DNA of 64,000 nucleotides from Guillardia theta CCMP2712 (taxonomy: Eukaryota; Protista; Cryptophyta). The DNA is taken from contig NW_005434628.1 of the NCBI RefSeq assembly GCF_000315625.1, positions 519,385 to 583,384 of the forward strand. Direction: 5' to 3'. Under the pieces are notes generated by a model. It had not been told where the DNA came from and did not search any database. It worked only from the letters and a program-made list of their open reading frames with translations. Position 1 is the first letter of the stretch. Every line of letters begins with the position of its first letter. The translations under genes were made by a program, and so were the position numbers. Of the stretch, positions 14,001 through 24,960 are shown piece after piece.

Positions 14001-14607
14001 TGCACGATATGATTGAGACGAAACGTGAGGATTGTGAGAGGACGATACGACTTATGAGATCTTCGCAATCAGTCAGAATCTTCCTCCTCTCTCCCCTCCT
14101 CTCCCCCCCCCCTCCCCCTTCCTCCTCCCCCCCACCGTCCAACAACAGAAATCTAATCCTTCTAAACCAGAAGGACCTTCTCCCTCCCTCTCTCGATGAT
14201 CAAAGGCCTCACTCGTTCGAGGCTATCGGATCCCCCCAGTAGTCATCGAAGAACATCTCGTAAATATGCTTCTTCCCCAACACATCCCTGACACCTTCGT
14301 CAGCCTATTGACCTTCAACAAGAACAGGTTACGGGTTTCTCTGCACGGCATGGACATCGTCGAAGACCATGTCTCCATGCAGGGAATTCATGTACGCGAG
14401 CCCCCCTGAGGAAATGACACAATCTCGTCATGCCATGTTGCTTTATGGCTTGCGATCAAACATATTCATCTCTTTGACTTGAACATGTCTTTGTCTTCCG
14501 ACCATGTAGATTACCCTCATCAACATCCTACACCTTCCTGGTCTGCTTCCCTCACCTGTCATCGCCGCCAGCGTCGCTGCAATGGTTACGGTGGAGCAGC
14601 ATTGCAT
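8773..14607 (-). CDS. TMTC: TMTC-family protein O-mannosyltransferase (TM region, DUF1736, TPR repeats) with long charged C-tail, many introns
   Basis: YMNSLHGDMVFDD, FFDDYWG, SYRPLT, FLCKETG, LDNPI, LSADYSYDCIP, VGTLVAERLLYLPS and WKNSSSLFLSAVKVCPRSAKVRYNLA, followed by several TPRs. Confidence 0.9.
10933..11068. repeat. (CAT)n/(CATCATCTC)n microsatellite inside a TMTC intron
   Basis: Direct reading. It produces spurious poly-His and poly-Met ORFs. Confidence 0.9.
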
Positions 14608-14931
14608 GTCGGGCCCAACAGGCAGAGGCGGGCTCAACTCAAAGTTTAGTTGGCATACCCGGCGCCATAAGTAGCTGGATGGCCCCCGGCCCGCCTCAGC
14701 CCTGGTGAAACTTGATACTGGCCAGAGATCAAATGAGGGGTCACTAAAGAAACCACAAGACAAGCCTTGCTGGCATGCCCTCTCCTGCTGCTCCCTCTCT
14801 CCTTGACTCTTTATATCATGCAGGCGGTGGGACGATACACATAGTCGCACAGTCACGTAATTGGCAAAGATCTCAAGGATTATCCAAAGGGCAACAAATA
14901 AATTGCAATATCTTCAACGTTATGAAGTCAC

Positions 14932-15697
14932 TCATGGTCTTTTAATTGGGCATTCATATGCAAACGAGCCCTCTTCCTCGCCCTCTTCCTCGCCCTCTTC
15001 CTCGCCCTCCTCGAGCTCTCCCTCAATATACCACCGTAGCCACTCCTCCTCGATTGCATACTCCCACTCATCCCTCGTATCTTCCCGTCTCTCTCCCAGC
15101 TCCGCATGCTCCGGACACGTCTCATACGCTTGATCTGCCGCGTGATCGGTCGGGCGAGGCTCCATCACCTTCTGCTGGTCGGCGAGAGCCTTTGCTCGGC
15201 TCTGCCTCGGGGCCTTTTTCCTCGAGTATGGCCACCGCCCGAGCCCGAGCGCCTTGCAAGCGTTCTTGAGGGCAGAGAGAGAGATGCCCTGGGAGGGACG
15301 CAAACAATCAGCCGCCCGTCGTCATCGGAGCAGGGACAAGGAGAAAGAGCGAGGAGCACAGTAGGAAGAGAGTGGGCACGGGAGACCTCACCAGGTGACG
15401 AGCAGCGTCGGTTTGCGTCAGGTGCGTGAGCCTGAGGGAGTGAAGGAGCTCTGAGGTGATACGGCAGAAGGGTTGCGATCGATCAGATTGGGAGGGGGAA
15501 GACTTGCGAGGGTAGACAATGCGAATGGTCTGAGGAGGCTTGAAGATAGGAGTCATTGGAAGAGGAGTAGAGGAGGGAGGGAAGGAGGAGGGAGAGGAGG
15601 GAGTGAGGGAGGAGGGAGAGGAGGGAGTGAGGGAGGAGGGAGAAAGGGAGGAGGAAGAGAGGGAGGAGGAAGAGAGGGAGGAGGCAGGAGAGGGCAT
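14932..15697 (-). CDS. RWP-RK domain transcription factor (2 exons)
   Basis: ITSELLHSL...TQTDAARHL|GISLSALKNACKALGLGRWPYSRK across a GT-AG intron at about 15289-15392. Acidic C-tail. Confidence 0.88.
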
Positions 15698-15931
15698 GGC
15701 AGCGATGGGAGAGAATCGATGCGGAGTGGCGATCCGAACAGAATCCGTGTACTAAAAATCTCGTGTGGGGAGATTGTGACCGAACCCCGTCAAAAGTTTC
15801 TTATTCGTATCTCAATTCCGGCCCCCTCCGCTCTCTTCAACTCCCTCCACGTGCCTTGCTCGAGGCGTTTCGATTTCGCGTCGTTCAGCCGCATATCCTC
15901 TCAGCAAAGTCAACAGCAACTTGAGTCAAGA

Positions 15932-16011
15932 TCCCAACGGCTTCGTTATCCCCCTATCGACGGTCACCGACTCTCAGGGAACCGTTGAACGGTCGATAAC
16001 CGTTTAACGGT
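15932..16011. promoter_or_regulatory. Cluster of AACGG (MSA/MYB-like) motifs between divergent genes
   Basis: CCCAACGGCT at ~15933, and palindromes ACCGTTGAACGGT (15981-15993) and ACCGTTTAACGGT (15999-16011). Confidence 0.4.
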
Positions 16012-16171
16012 CGCCGGGCCCGGGGCCGGCCCGAGGGGTCCGACGGTCAGCCTGCCAGTGTGACGGTTTCATAAAGTCAAAACTGACCTCCAAGTTTGAC
16101 ATGTTTTTTTACTACCCTACCCTACTCCAGTTCAATGCCTTTTCCGGTCGAAAGCACCCCTTCTCGCACAC

Positions 16172-19100
16172 AATGGCGGTGGAAGCGAGGATGATGCGGC
16201 GGGCGATCCGCATCTGGGGGGAGAGCGGGAAGTGGATGAAGTGGGCGAGGACGATGGAGGGGCTAATGCGCTCGAGGAGGGAAAGATCCACCTTGTCCTG
16301 GGGGCTCCGGGTATGGGGAAAACGGCTGAGACTGGCGGTACGAAGCAGCTTTCATCTGCGATCTCATCGTCTTCGTTTGCTGGGTAGAACGCTGAACAGT
16401 CTGCGCAATCATGCCATAGAGCAGGCAAGGTCAAGCCATGCAGCTCGATTGAACAGCTCGAGGAAGTCTCAGGAGCAAGTGCAGCAAAGTCTGCAGGAGA
16501 TGGAATACGTAAAGGCAGAAAACGACATCCTTAAAGCGAAAATGAAGTCTCAAAGCACAGAGTGCCAAGCGTTGGAAACCAACGTGACGAGTTTGAAGAA
16601 GCAAGTCATGCAGCTGAATCTCAAGACTTTGAGCACGAAAGAAAAACTTTCGAGTATGAGCAAAGACATCAAACGAGCACGGAGAACTTTTGGCTTAGAT
16701 ATGAACCGTTTGATTGGCGAGAGCATTGAAACCATTGACGTTTCCCTGGAGATTGTCAGTGTGCAGAGCACTCAAAGTAAGATGTTGAACGATCGATATC
16801 TCTCTCTACTCCAGAGTGTTGAGAGCCAGTATGATATCGTTGAGGAGATGTGGAAAAGACTTGTACTAGTTACCCCGAAGTTGGGTCTATCGCAGCCGTC
16901 TGCCGTTCCCGTCTCAGATACAATGGAAGACAAGACGAGCAGGTTGAAGGAGGTGCGAGACATGACCTATGATAGCATTGAGATGCTCGAGTCTCTGACA
17001 AGCAAGAATAAGCATCTACAGCAAATGGTTTCGGGGAACGAGGAAGTGTTTGCTTCCATGCAGGCGCACATAGACGATCTGAAGAATCAGATCAAGTTCA
17101 TCGAGTCCGAGCGAGAGACCCTTGCAGGGAGAGAGGAGTGGAGGTCGCGCCATGAGGAGGAGGACGAAATGAGACGGTGTGCACTGGAAAGGCAAGTGAA
17201 CGACTCAACGACGAAGTTGCGGTGCATCATGACTGAGAACGACGAGCTGAAGAGACTGATAGCTGACATGAAAAATCGGCAAGACCTCCATGAGAGAAAT
17301 TGCGAGGAAATGGCTGAGATTGTGAAGAGGAAGCTGCAACATGCGCACGAGATGGAGAAGGAGAGGATTGAGCACGCGCACCGAGCAAGTCTCGGGGAGA
17401 AAGACAAAGTCATCATGGCGTTGCGAGAGAAGCTGCTGATTGCAGAGACATCGTTGAGATGCTCGACCCATGATCCCCGGGTTTGTACAATTTCTCACCT
17501 CTTATCCCGTCCATCCTCACCAGAGTTTTCTTGAGCAGGTGATGGAGGAAAGCGAGAGCGGCGATGAAAATGGAGAGTTCGACCAAGAGGGCTCGAAACA
17601 AGGAGAGGAGGAGGAGCAGGAGTTGGCCATGGGTGGTCAAGCTCATATTGGTCTGGAGATCGCGGACAGCAGGACAATGCCAGGGAACGCGTACGTGCTG
17701 AGAGTGGTGGACTTGATGGACAGAGAGGGGAGGAGGCAGGGGAGCGAAGGGTATGACAACGAGGAAGTCAAAGTCAACGACGAGCTGCTAGAGGTCGATG
17801 ACATTCAAGTCCGAAACCTTTCGGCCCGGCAAGTCCGCGAGACTCTTTGCGGGGACTCAAACACCCTTGTCAAGTTGCGACTAAGACGTCCAGCTGAATC
17901 GTTGGAGTTCTCAGTGCTGGTCAAAAGACACGTCGGAGGCTCTCTTCTGCAAGGCTCTTGCCGCGAAGGCTCTGGAGCCTTGAAGCTGCGTCTGCTGGCG
18001 GCAGAGCTGGAGGGGGAGAAGAAGAAGCACAAGAGGACTCAAGGGGAGCTGAGGGAGCTGAAGGCGGACTATCAGAGCGCCTCCTCCTCCTACCAGCAGC
18101 TGCTTCAGACCATCGAGAGGAAATTCAATGTCTCCTCCCTTCTCCTCCCTGAACAGCCGTCCTCTCCTCGTCCCTCCTCCTCCTCCTCCTCCTCCTCCTC
18201 CTCCCAGCCCTCGCGCAGTGTCATCGTAAGGAAGATGGAGGAGGTCAAGCAGACTCTGTCATCCCTGCCGCAGTCTCTCGATCTGGTGAACCTCAGCTGG
18301 ACCAAGAGCGAGCTCAGCGCGTGCCAGGAGCGGCTCACAGCCATTCTCGGCGACTACAAGAAGCACAAGGAGGAGGCCCAGGCAGAGACGAGGAGGCTGA
18401 CGGCGAAGCTCGCCAAGAGTGAGGAGGAGAGGGAGGAGGCGAGGAGCTCGCTGAACAAGGCCTGGAGCAGTCTTGAAGTCCTGGAAAGGAAGCACACGGA
18501 GCTGGGGAAGGAGCACGCGAAATGTCTGCGTGAGAGGAAGGAAGCGACCGAGGAGGTGGAAAGTCTGCGGCAGGAGTCCGCGAGACTGGAAGAGGAGGTG
18601 GAGAAGTGGAGGGCGAGGACGATGAGTCTGATGGAGGACAAGGAGGGCAGACTGGAGCAGACAGAGAGGCTGAAGCAGCAACGAGATGAGGCGCAACGAA
18701 GTTTGAGATTCTCCTTCCTCAAGATCGACAAGTGTCAGGAGTTTGTCGTCAAGGAGCGAGAGCGATGGCTGCTCATGAGCGTCTTCGAGGAGTTCTGGCT
18801 CAAGACTTGCTCTCCTCTCGAGAAGTTTGTCGCTCGTTCCGCCGCCAACAACTCGAGGCTGCAGCGAGAACTTCTCGTCCTCTCCGACCGACGCAAGTCA
18901 GCCGAGGAGGAGGCCCTCAGGCTCCAAGAGCAGGTCGTCGCCCTCCAGCACGAGCAGGTGACTTGTCAGCTGTCCAGGAGAGAAACTTGCGTGTTTCTTC
19001 AGGGCCTCTGCATCCAACTCGCTGCTCTCAAGCAGCTCCCCCTCCTCCTCCTCGAGCTTCTTGCATCTCTCTGCGCTGATGTCGCAAGGCTAGTCGAAGC

Positions 19101-20069
19101 GGAGGAGGAAGAGAGAATCAAAAGGCAGGCAGGAAATAGAGGAGGAGGAGGAGGAGGAGGAGGAGGAGGAGGAGGAGGAGGAGGAGGAGGAGGAGATCTG
19201 CTGCAAGGACTATCGCAGGCAGAGGGCAAGGTCAGCAAGCTCCTTGCAACAGTCTCGGTCCTGCAGTACGAGTGGAGGATGCAGCATGAGCGATGGAGCA
19301 GCACCAGCCGGCAGTTTGCTGAGGATGTGCAAAGAGACGTTGCTGCTTGTTGCGCGAGTGTGCGCGATCTAGCGGAGGAGGCGGCGAAGAGAAGACGGAG
19401 AGAGGAGGAGGCGGCGGAGGCGATGAGGAGGATGCAGGAGCATCTGGAAGTCTCCGAGCTTCGCTTGTCGTCCTCACAAGATCGCTTGTCCTGCCTCTCT
19501 GAGAGCCTCGAGCACTACAAGAAGTTGTTCGCGCACTCCAAGCTTGAGCTCCAGCATAGCAGTCAGGACATTCAGACCCTCCGCTCCTCCATTGCTGAAC
19601 TGCGCGAGGAGGAGAAGGTTTCCTCGCGCGTGAAGGAAGAGCAGAGCAGGGAGCTTCTCGTCTTGCGCGGGTCAAACGCCTCTGTCCTTGCCCGGTATCA
19701 GGCGATCAAGCAGGAGGTTGAGAGGAGCCTTCGCTCCATGCTGCCCCTCTTGTTCGACAGTCTGCAAGACATACAGGGGACACGGCAGGAGACGAGTCGT
19801 GAAGAGGAGGAGGAAGAGGAGAAGACTCGCTATGTCACTCAGGGTTGTCTTGATCAAACTGACAGCATCCTCGTCCTCCTGGAGAATGTGCGAGGGATTG
19901 GGCTTGTGTTGCATCAGGTACGTTTCTCCTCTCTCCTGTTCCCTCTCCCTTCCTCTTTCTGCACCTTTCCTCCTCCTCCTCCTCCTCCTCCTCCTCCTTT
20001 TCCCATCATCATCATCATCATCATCTCCATCATCTCCATCATCATCATCTCCATCATCATCATCATCAT

Positions 20070-20115
<46 letters not shown>

Positions 20116-20871
20116 TCCATCATCATCATCTCCATCATCATCATCACCACCACCACCTCCTCCTCCACCACCACCACCAACACCGCCATCATCTTTATCT
20201 TCTCATTCTCATTTCCAGAGCATTATCTTGCTGTCTTTATCCCTCCGATCGTGACCATATGACAGGAGAACTCAAAGCTCAAGCACAGCAATGACAAACT
20301 CACGGCGCACAACAGGTTCACTTCCTCCTCTCCCTCTTCGTCTTCGTTGTCTTTCTTCAGTCCATCTCTCTTCCTCTCGTCACGCGACGTCCCAATTCAG
20401 TCGTCCTAATGCTGCAGCAGGAAGCTCAGGAGTGTTGTGGATGCTGTTGGCAACGTGGGGAGAAGCTACGGTGACAAACTCAGCTCACAGATCCCGCGGG
20501 TCGAAGGAGCAGGAGAGGACAAGTGAGGGGAGGAGGAGGGAGGAGGAGGAGGAGGAGGAGGAGGAGGAGGAGGAGGAGGAAGGAGAACTTTCAAAGGTTT
20601 AATCAAATAAAATGTATATGAAGATGTGCGCGTATGCACTCGGCAAGTCTCCTCCTCCTTCGCCGCTAGTGCTCTTTCCCCCCCCACACGATATTCTGCG
20701 CTTCGATGTCGTCGGATCGCATCACGTACTTGGGTCCACCACCTTCTAGGAGAGGGCGTGAGGTTACAGGGGGAGCGACACAGGCGGGTCGCTAGAGCCC
20801 TGGAAACAGCACAAGCCGAGTTTGCGAGGAACAAGAGACGAGAGGGCCAACAAGCAGAGGCGAGAGCTTGA
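16172..20871 (+). CDS. Large coiled-coil protein with central PDZ domain (multi-exon)
   Basis: The 477 aa and 930 aa ORFs join through a GT-AG intron at ~17481-17538. HIGLEI...VKVNDELLEVDDIQV...LCGDSNTLVKLRLRR is PDZ-like. Long heptad regions and a Trp/Arg-periodic N-terminus. 3' exons are tentative. Confidence 0.7.
19968..20190. repeat. (CCT)n + (CAT)n + (CAC)n compound microsatellite in an intron
   Basis: Follows the donor CAG|GTACGT at ~19918. It explains the poly-Pro/Ile tail of the 930 aa ORF. Confidence 0.85.
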
Positions 20872-22763
20872 GGAAGAGCACAGGCTGCAGACGCGCATCA
20901 CTGACCTCCTCGGTATGACTTGAGCCGGCCAGGACGAGAGCGACGCCATGCCAAGAAGCCGCCGACGCCCTTGATGGTTTCGATCGACAATCAATACGAG
21001 GAACACAAGGTTGAACCCGACAAGGAAAACAAGCAGATGGTAAACATGGTGGCTTACCAACAAGACTGCCAGCCCCGCTAACGTGCTCGTTGACATCCCC
21101 CGCGTCTCCGTCGGCTGCTCCAGCCCGAACTCTCCGTGCGACAGGCTGTACTTGGCTCGCTCCACCGCAACGCCATGCTGCACGGCCCGCTGCAGGTCTG
21201 CCTGCCCCTGCTGCGCACGGTACTTGAAGGGAGCCGGCTCGGTGACGGAGGAGGCGGCGGTGTCTGACCTTGAGGCAGCGGAGGCTGGCGTGGTGGTGAG
21301 CGCATGGCCTGCAGAGGAAGTAAGAAGGAGCGCACGGGGAGCAGAAGCTCCGCTCACTCGGTTGCATGCTTGTTGCCATCACTTCATGCAGCATGATCCC
21401 CAGCGCCCATTCGATCGGCGTGTCCTGCACCTCCCCGAGCACGCGCATCTTGTACGAGTGCGGGATGCCGATGCCCCTCTCTGCGCAAACATGAGAGGTG
21501 AGGAGGAAGAGGAGGGCAGTGCAAACCCAAGAAGGAGGACAGGTAGGCCATGCTGAAGCAGAGCTTGTTGTCCTTGTCTTTCTCCATCAGCGGGTACAGC
21601 CCGTTCTCCGCCCGCTTCTTGATCGATTCCCACCTTGTCAACGGCATGACAACCACAACGCCTCAGAAGCATGCTCACCTCAGGGAGCAGAACTTGGACC
21701 CCTCGACTAGGAAGGAGTCTACCGTCACTCCGGTCTCCATGTTGGGCATGCTCAGAGCTCGAGAGCTGTGGAAGAAGTTCTCGAACAGCACGATGCCCTT
21801 GGATTGCTTGCTCTCCCAGAACCGAGGCTGATGGACCCCCGCGAACGAGCAAGGAGGAGTGCTGCACATCTTGTCGGATTTGAAAAGACGATCAACGTTC
21901 CTCTTGCAATGAGAGAAATTCCCCGTCCCAACCACAGGGCCGCCTGACCTCCCCGCGTACTCGTCGCTCTTGATGGTCGCGTCTTTCACGTATCCGGCGG
22001 GAAAGCAGGGGTCTTGCTCGTCGGTCACCATCTCGTTGTACTTATGTCTCGCTTGCTCCTGACCGAACCCAAGGTACGAGTGCACGTAGAGCTTGTAGGT
22101 CTGACCGTCCAAGTGCAGCTGATATGTCGTAGGATAGCTGTCCTCCTCGCTAGCCACCTCCCGTCCGATTTGCACAGTCACTTGAGCCGAAGCTCCCCCC
22201 ATCTCGATGGTGCCCACCGTTCCCAGCGAAGCGTCCACCATTCCTTCAAGCCGTTTGAGCAGGAAGTTCAGGCTTAGCCACCCGAACGCTCCCTCGTCCT
22301 GTCCAGATATGATTGAAATCTTCTCGCGCTTGATCAGAAACGGCGAGTTCTTCGACATGTAATCGTAGCAGCTGTCAAGGATCAGCTTAGCTGTCTCGGT
22401 AGGCACCATTCTCAGCCCTGCAGTGGCGGCCAGGCGTACTGGGGTAGTGGCGTGAAAGTTTTTCGGGACATTCTCCATCGCGAACGCGATCAGTCCGGCC
22501 AAGGACGCTCCAGCATCGCTGGGGTTGGAGGCGAAGGAGGACAAGCCAGGGCTTTTCTTGAGCTTCTTGTCGGGGAGAGAGATGGTAGGAAGTAACTCTC
22601 CTCGGGCAAAAAAGTATCGGTAGATGTGGATACGGCAACCGCTGCTTCCTGCATCGATCACAATGTAGTACTTGACAGCCTCCCCAGCTTCATCTCCTAT
22701 GGTCGTCTGCGAAAAGAGCAGAAGCAGCAAGGGCAACAAAAGGGAGAAGCCCTTCCTCATCAT
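20764..22763 (-). CDS. GDA1/CD39-family apyrase (NTPDase) with signal peptide and C-terminal TM
   Basis: ACR1 IDAGSSGCR, ACR2 ATAGLR, ACR3 GQDEGAFGW, ACR4 EMGGASAQ and ACR5 EWALG. The 3' end is uncertain. Confidence 0.92.
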
Positions 22764-23109
22764 TGCACCAACAAGGCCCCTAAAACCACTCCCACATCGC
22801 CACCTGTTCGCGATACCAGTCAGCGATACATGCCCTTCAATACATGCACTTCAATACATCCCCAGGGGAGAGCCCCTATCATTACCCACCATTTGTTCAT
22901 CTTCACACCTCCCATCTCCCTCCTTCCCCCTATGTCATTTCTACTATTCAAAGCGTCGTCTGAAACACTTGCTTTTTCATCCGTTTTTCCACTATCAACC
23001 TTCTAATGCAGCAAAGATCCAGTCCAACCGAGTTTACTTCTCTTCCTGTCCATGATTCCAAAAATCCTCTATGACCCTTACTGACTCTACTCCCTCCTCC
23101 ATGTCAGTT

Positions 23110-23311
23110 ACTCAACCCCTCTTACTCCTATTCCTGTTTCCTCAACCCCTCTTACTCCTACTCCTACTCCTACTCCTACTCCTACTCCTACTCCTACTCC
23201 TATTGCTCAGGATAGCAGTACTCCTGTTACTACTGCTGTCACTACTGCTGTTACTACTGCTGTTACTACTGCTGTTACTACTGCTGTTACTACTGCTGTT
23301 ACTACTACTGA
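23110..23311. repeat. (CTCCTA)n and (CTGCTGTTACTA)n microsatellites
   Basis: Direct reading. It gives a spurious poly-Leu ORF. Confidence 0.85.
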
Positions 23312-24960
23312 TCCTACGTCACTACAAGTGCCATCTGTCCTACAGCCTCCTTCACTTCCCGCTCATGCCACATCCTCACGTAGAGACCCCTACCCCCTCA
23401 ATTTGTCCCTTCCCTACCCTACCCTCACACCACGGACCCCCCTTCAGAAGGAACCCCACCCTGGATTCAAGCCTAGTCTAACCCGTCATGCATAACACAT
23501 TGTAACCACCCCACCCATGTTGGGGATGTCCAACTCCTCCACGCTATCTTCTTGACTACCCTACCCCTCTTTCCTCCTGCATCCTACCCCCATGTGGGAG
23601 CTCAAACGGCGGAGGTGTAGCTATTGGGGTCATTTACCAGGGGTAGTATTGATATGCTGGTAAACGCATATGGAGGGGTGGTGAATGAACTCCATCCTCG
23701 ATATGTGACATGGCCTTGAATCATGGGGTCCACGAGGGTGCGGGTGCCTGGGGTAGGGTGAGGGTAAGGGGTGGGGTAGGCAAGAGGGTGACCAACCTGC
23801 TGGGCGGGTGTGGAATGAGAGAGTCCCTCGTCACCGCGCAGGCCCCCTGGAAGCTGAATGAGTGGAAATGCTGATGAGACTGCGAGGAGGGAGGGAGAAG
23901 AGAGAAGAGGAGGACGCAAGAGGGAGGGAGAGAGAGAATTAAGAACGATCACTACGTGAAAGTGAAACATCTTCGTTGGGGAAGTGTTCTACCTGAAGGA
24001 AACCATTGAATTCGATGCAAGGACGTCACAGCAAGTCACCATTCAAACGCACGAGGTTACCGAGGTGGAGTAGGGAGTGGATGTAAGAACAAGCTAGGAT
24101 AGGAAACTAGATAGATGGCAAACCATGATGAACGGAGGGAGGAGGAGTGGATAAGGGCAAGAAAGAAATCAGGGTTGCCATCTACAGTGGAGATATTGGG
24201 ATTCGATGCCCACATGCACACACATGTGGGAAGCTGGAAGAAGTTCAAGGACTGAGTGGATCGCAGGACTAGTATGAGCAGACAAGGGCATCATCCTTAT
24301 GCAAGACCTTCGCCACAAAAGGTAGAGCCCCTTGGATTGTAACTGATTGTCCACTCCTCTTACACCTTTGGGCAGGGGGAACCTCAACAACCAGGTCATA
24401 TCAGCATTGTCCTCAATACTCCCCTTCTCCTCTCCCCAGCCCCATGTCCCTCCTCACCCCGCTTCTCCCCACATCCCACCATGCCTTCCTTCTCCTTCCG
24501 GCCCCTCCTCCCCAAGCTCTTGCCCGTCCCCCCTCGCCTCATTGTAGTGATACTCCATAGGTCTCTTGTAACTTCGATTGCAGAATCTCGACCAGGTGGC
24601 GATGGCAGCGTGGGCAAGTGGCGGAGCGCGAGCAACTTTTCAGGTTTTCATGCACATGAGGGCTGGTCTCTGAATGATGCCGTTTGTCTGACTCATCCCT
24701 CTCGTCAGATCGCCCACCCCCCTCGATGGAACTTCACCCTGAGACGAAGAGGTGATAGCAGCCTGAAGACGTTTCTCTCTTCTTGTCCTGCTCGAACTTC
24801 TTCCCCTGCTGCGTTGCATCTTCTTTCCTCGTTTTCTCCTCCCTACCGCATATGTATCTGTGCACGATCCCTTCAGTCTTTCTCCTCTGACTCATGTTTC
24901 AGTGGTTTCGATAGATATCCGTCTCCCTCTCGAGGAGCTCCGCGTGCAGAACTTGACCAT

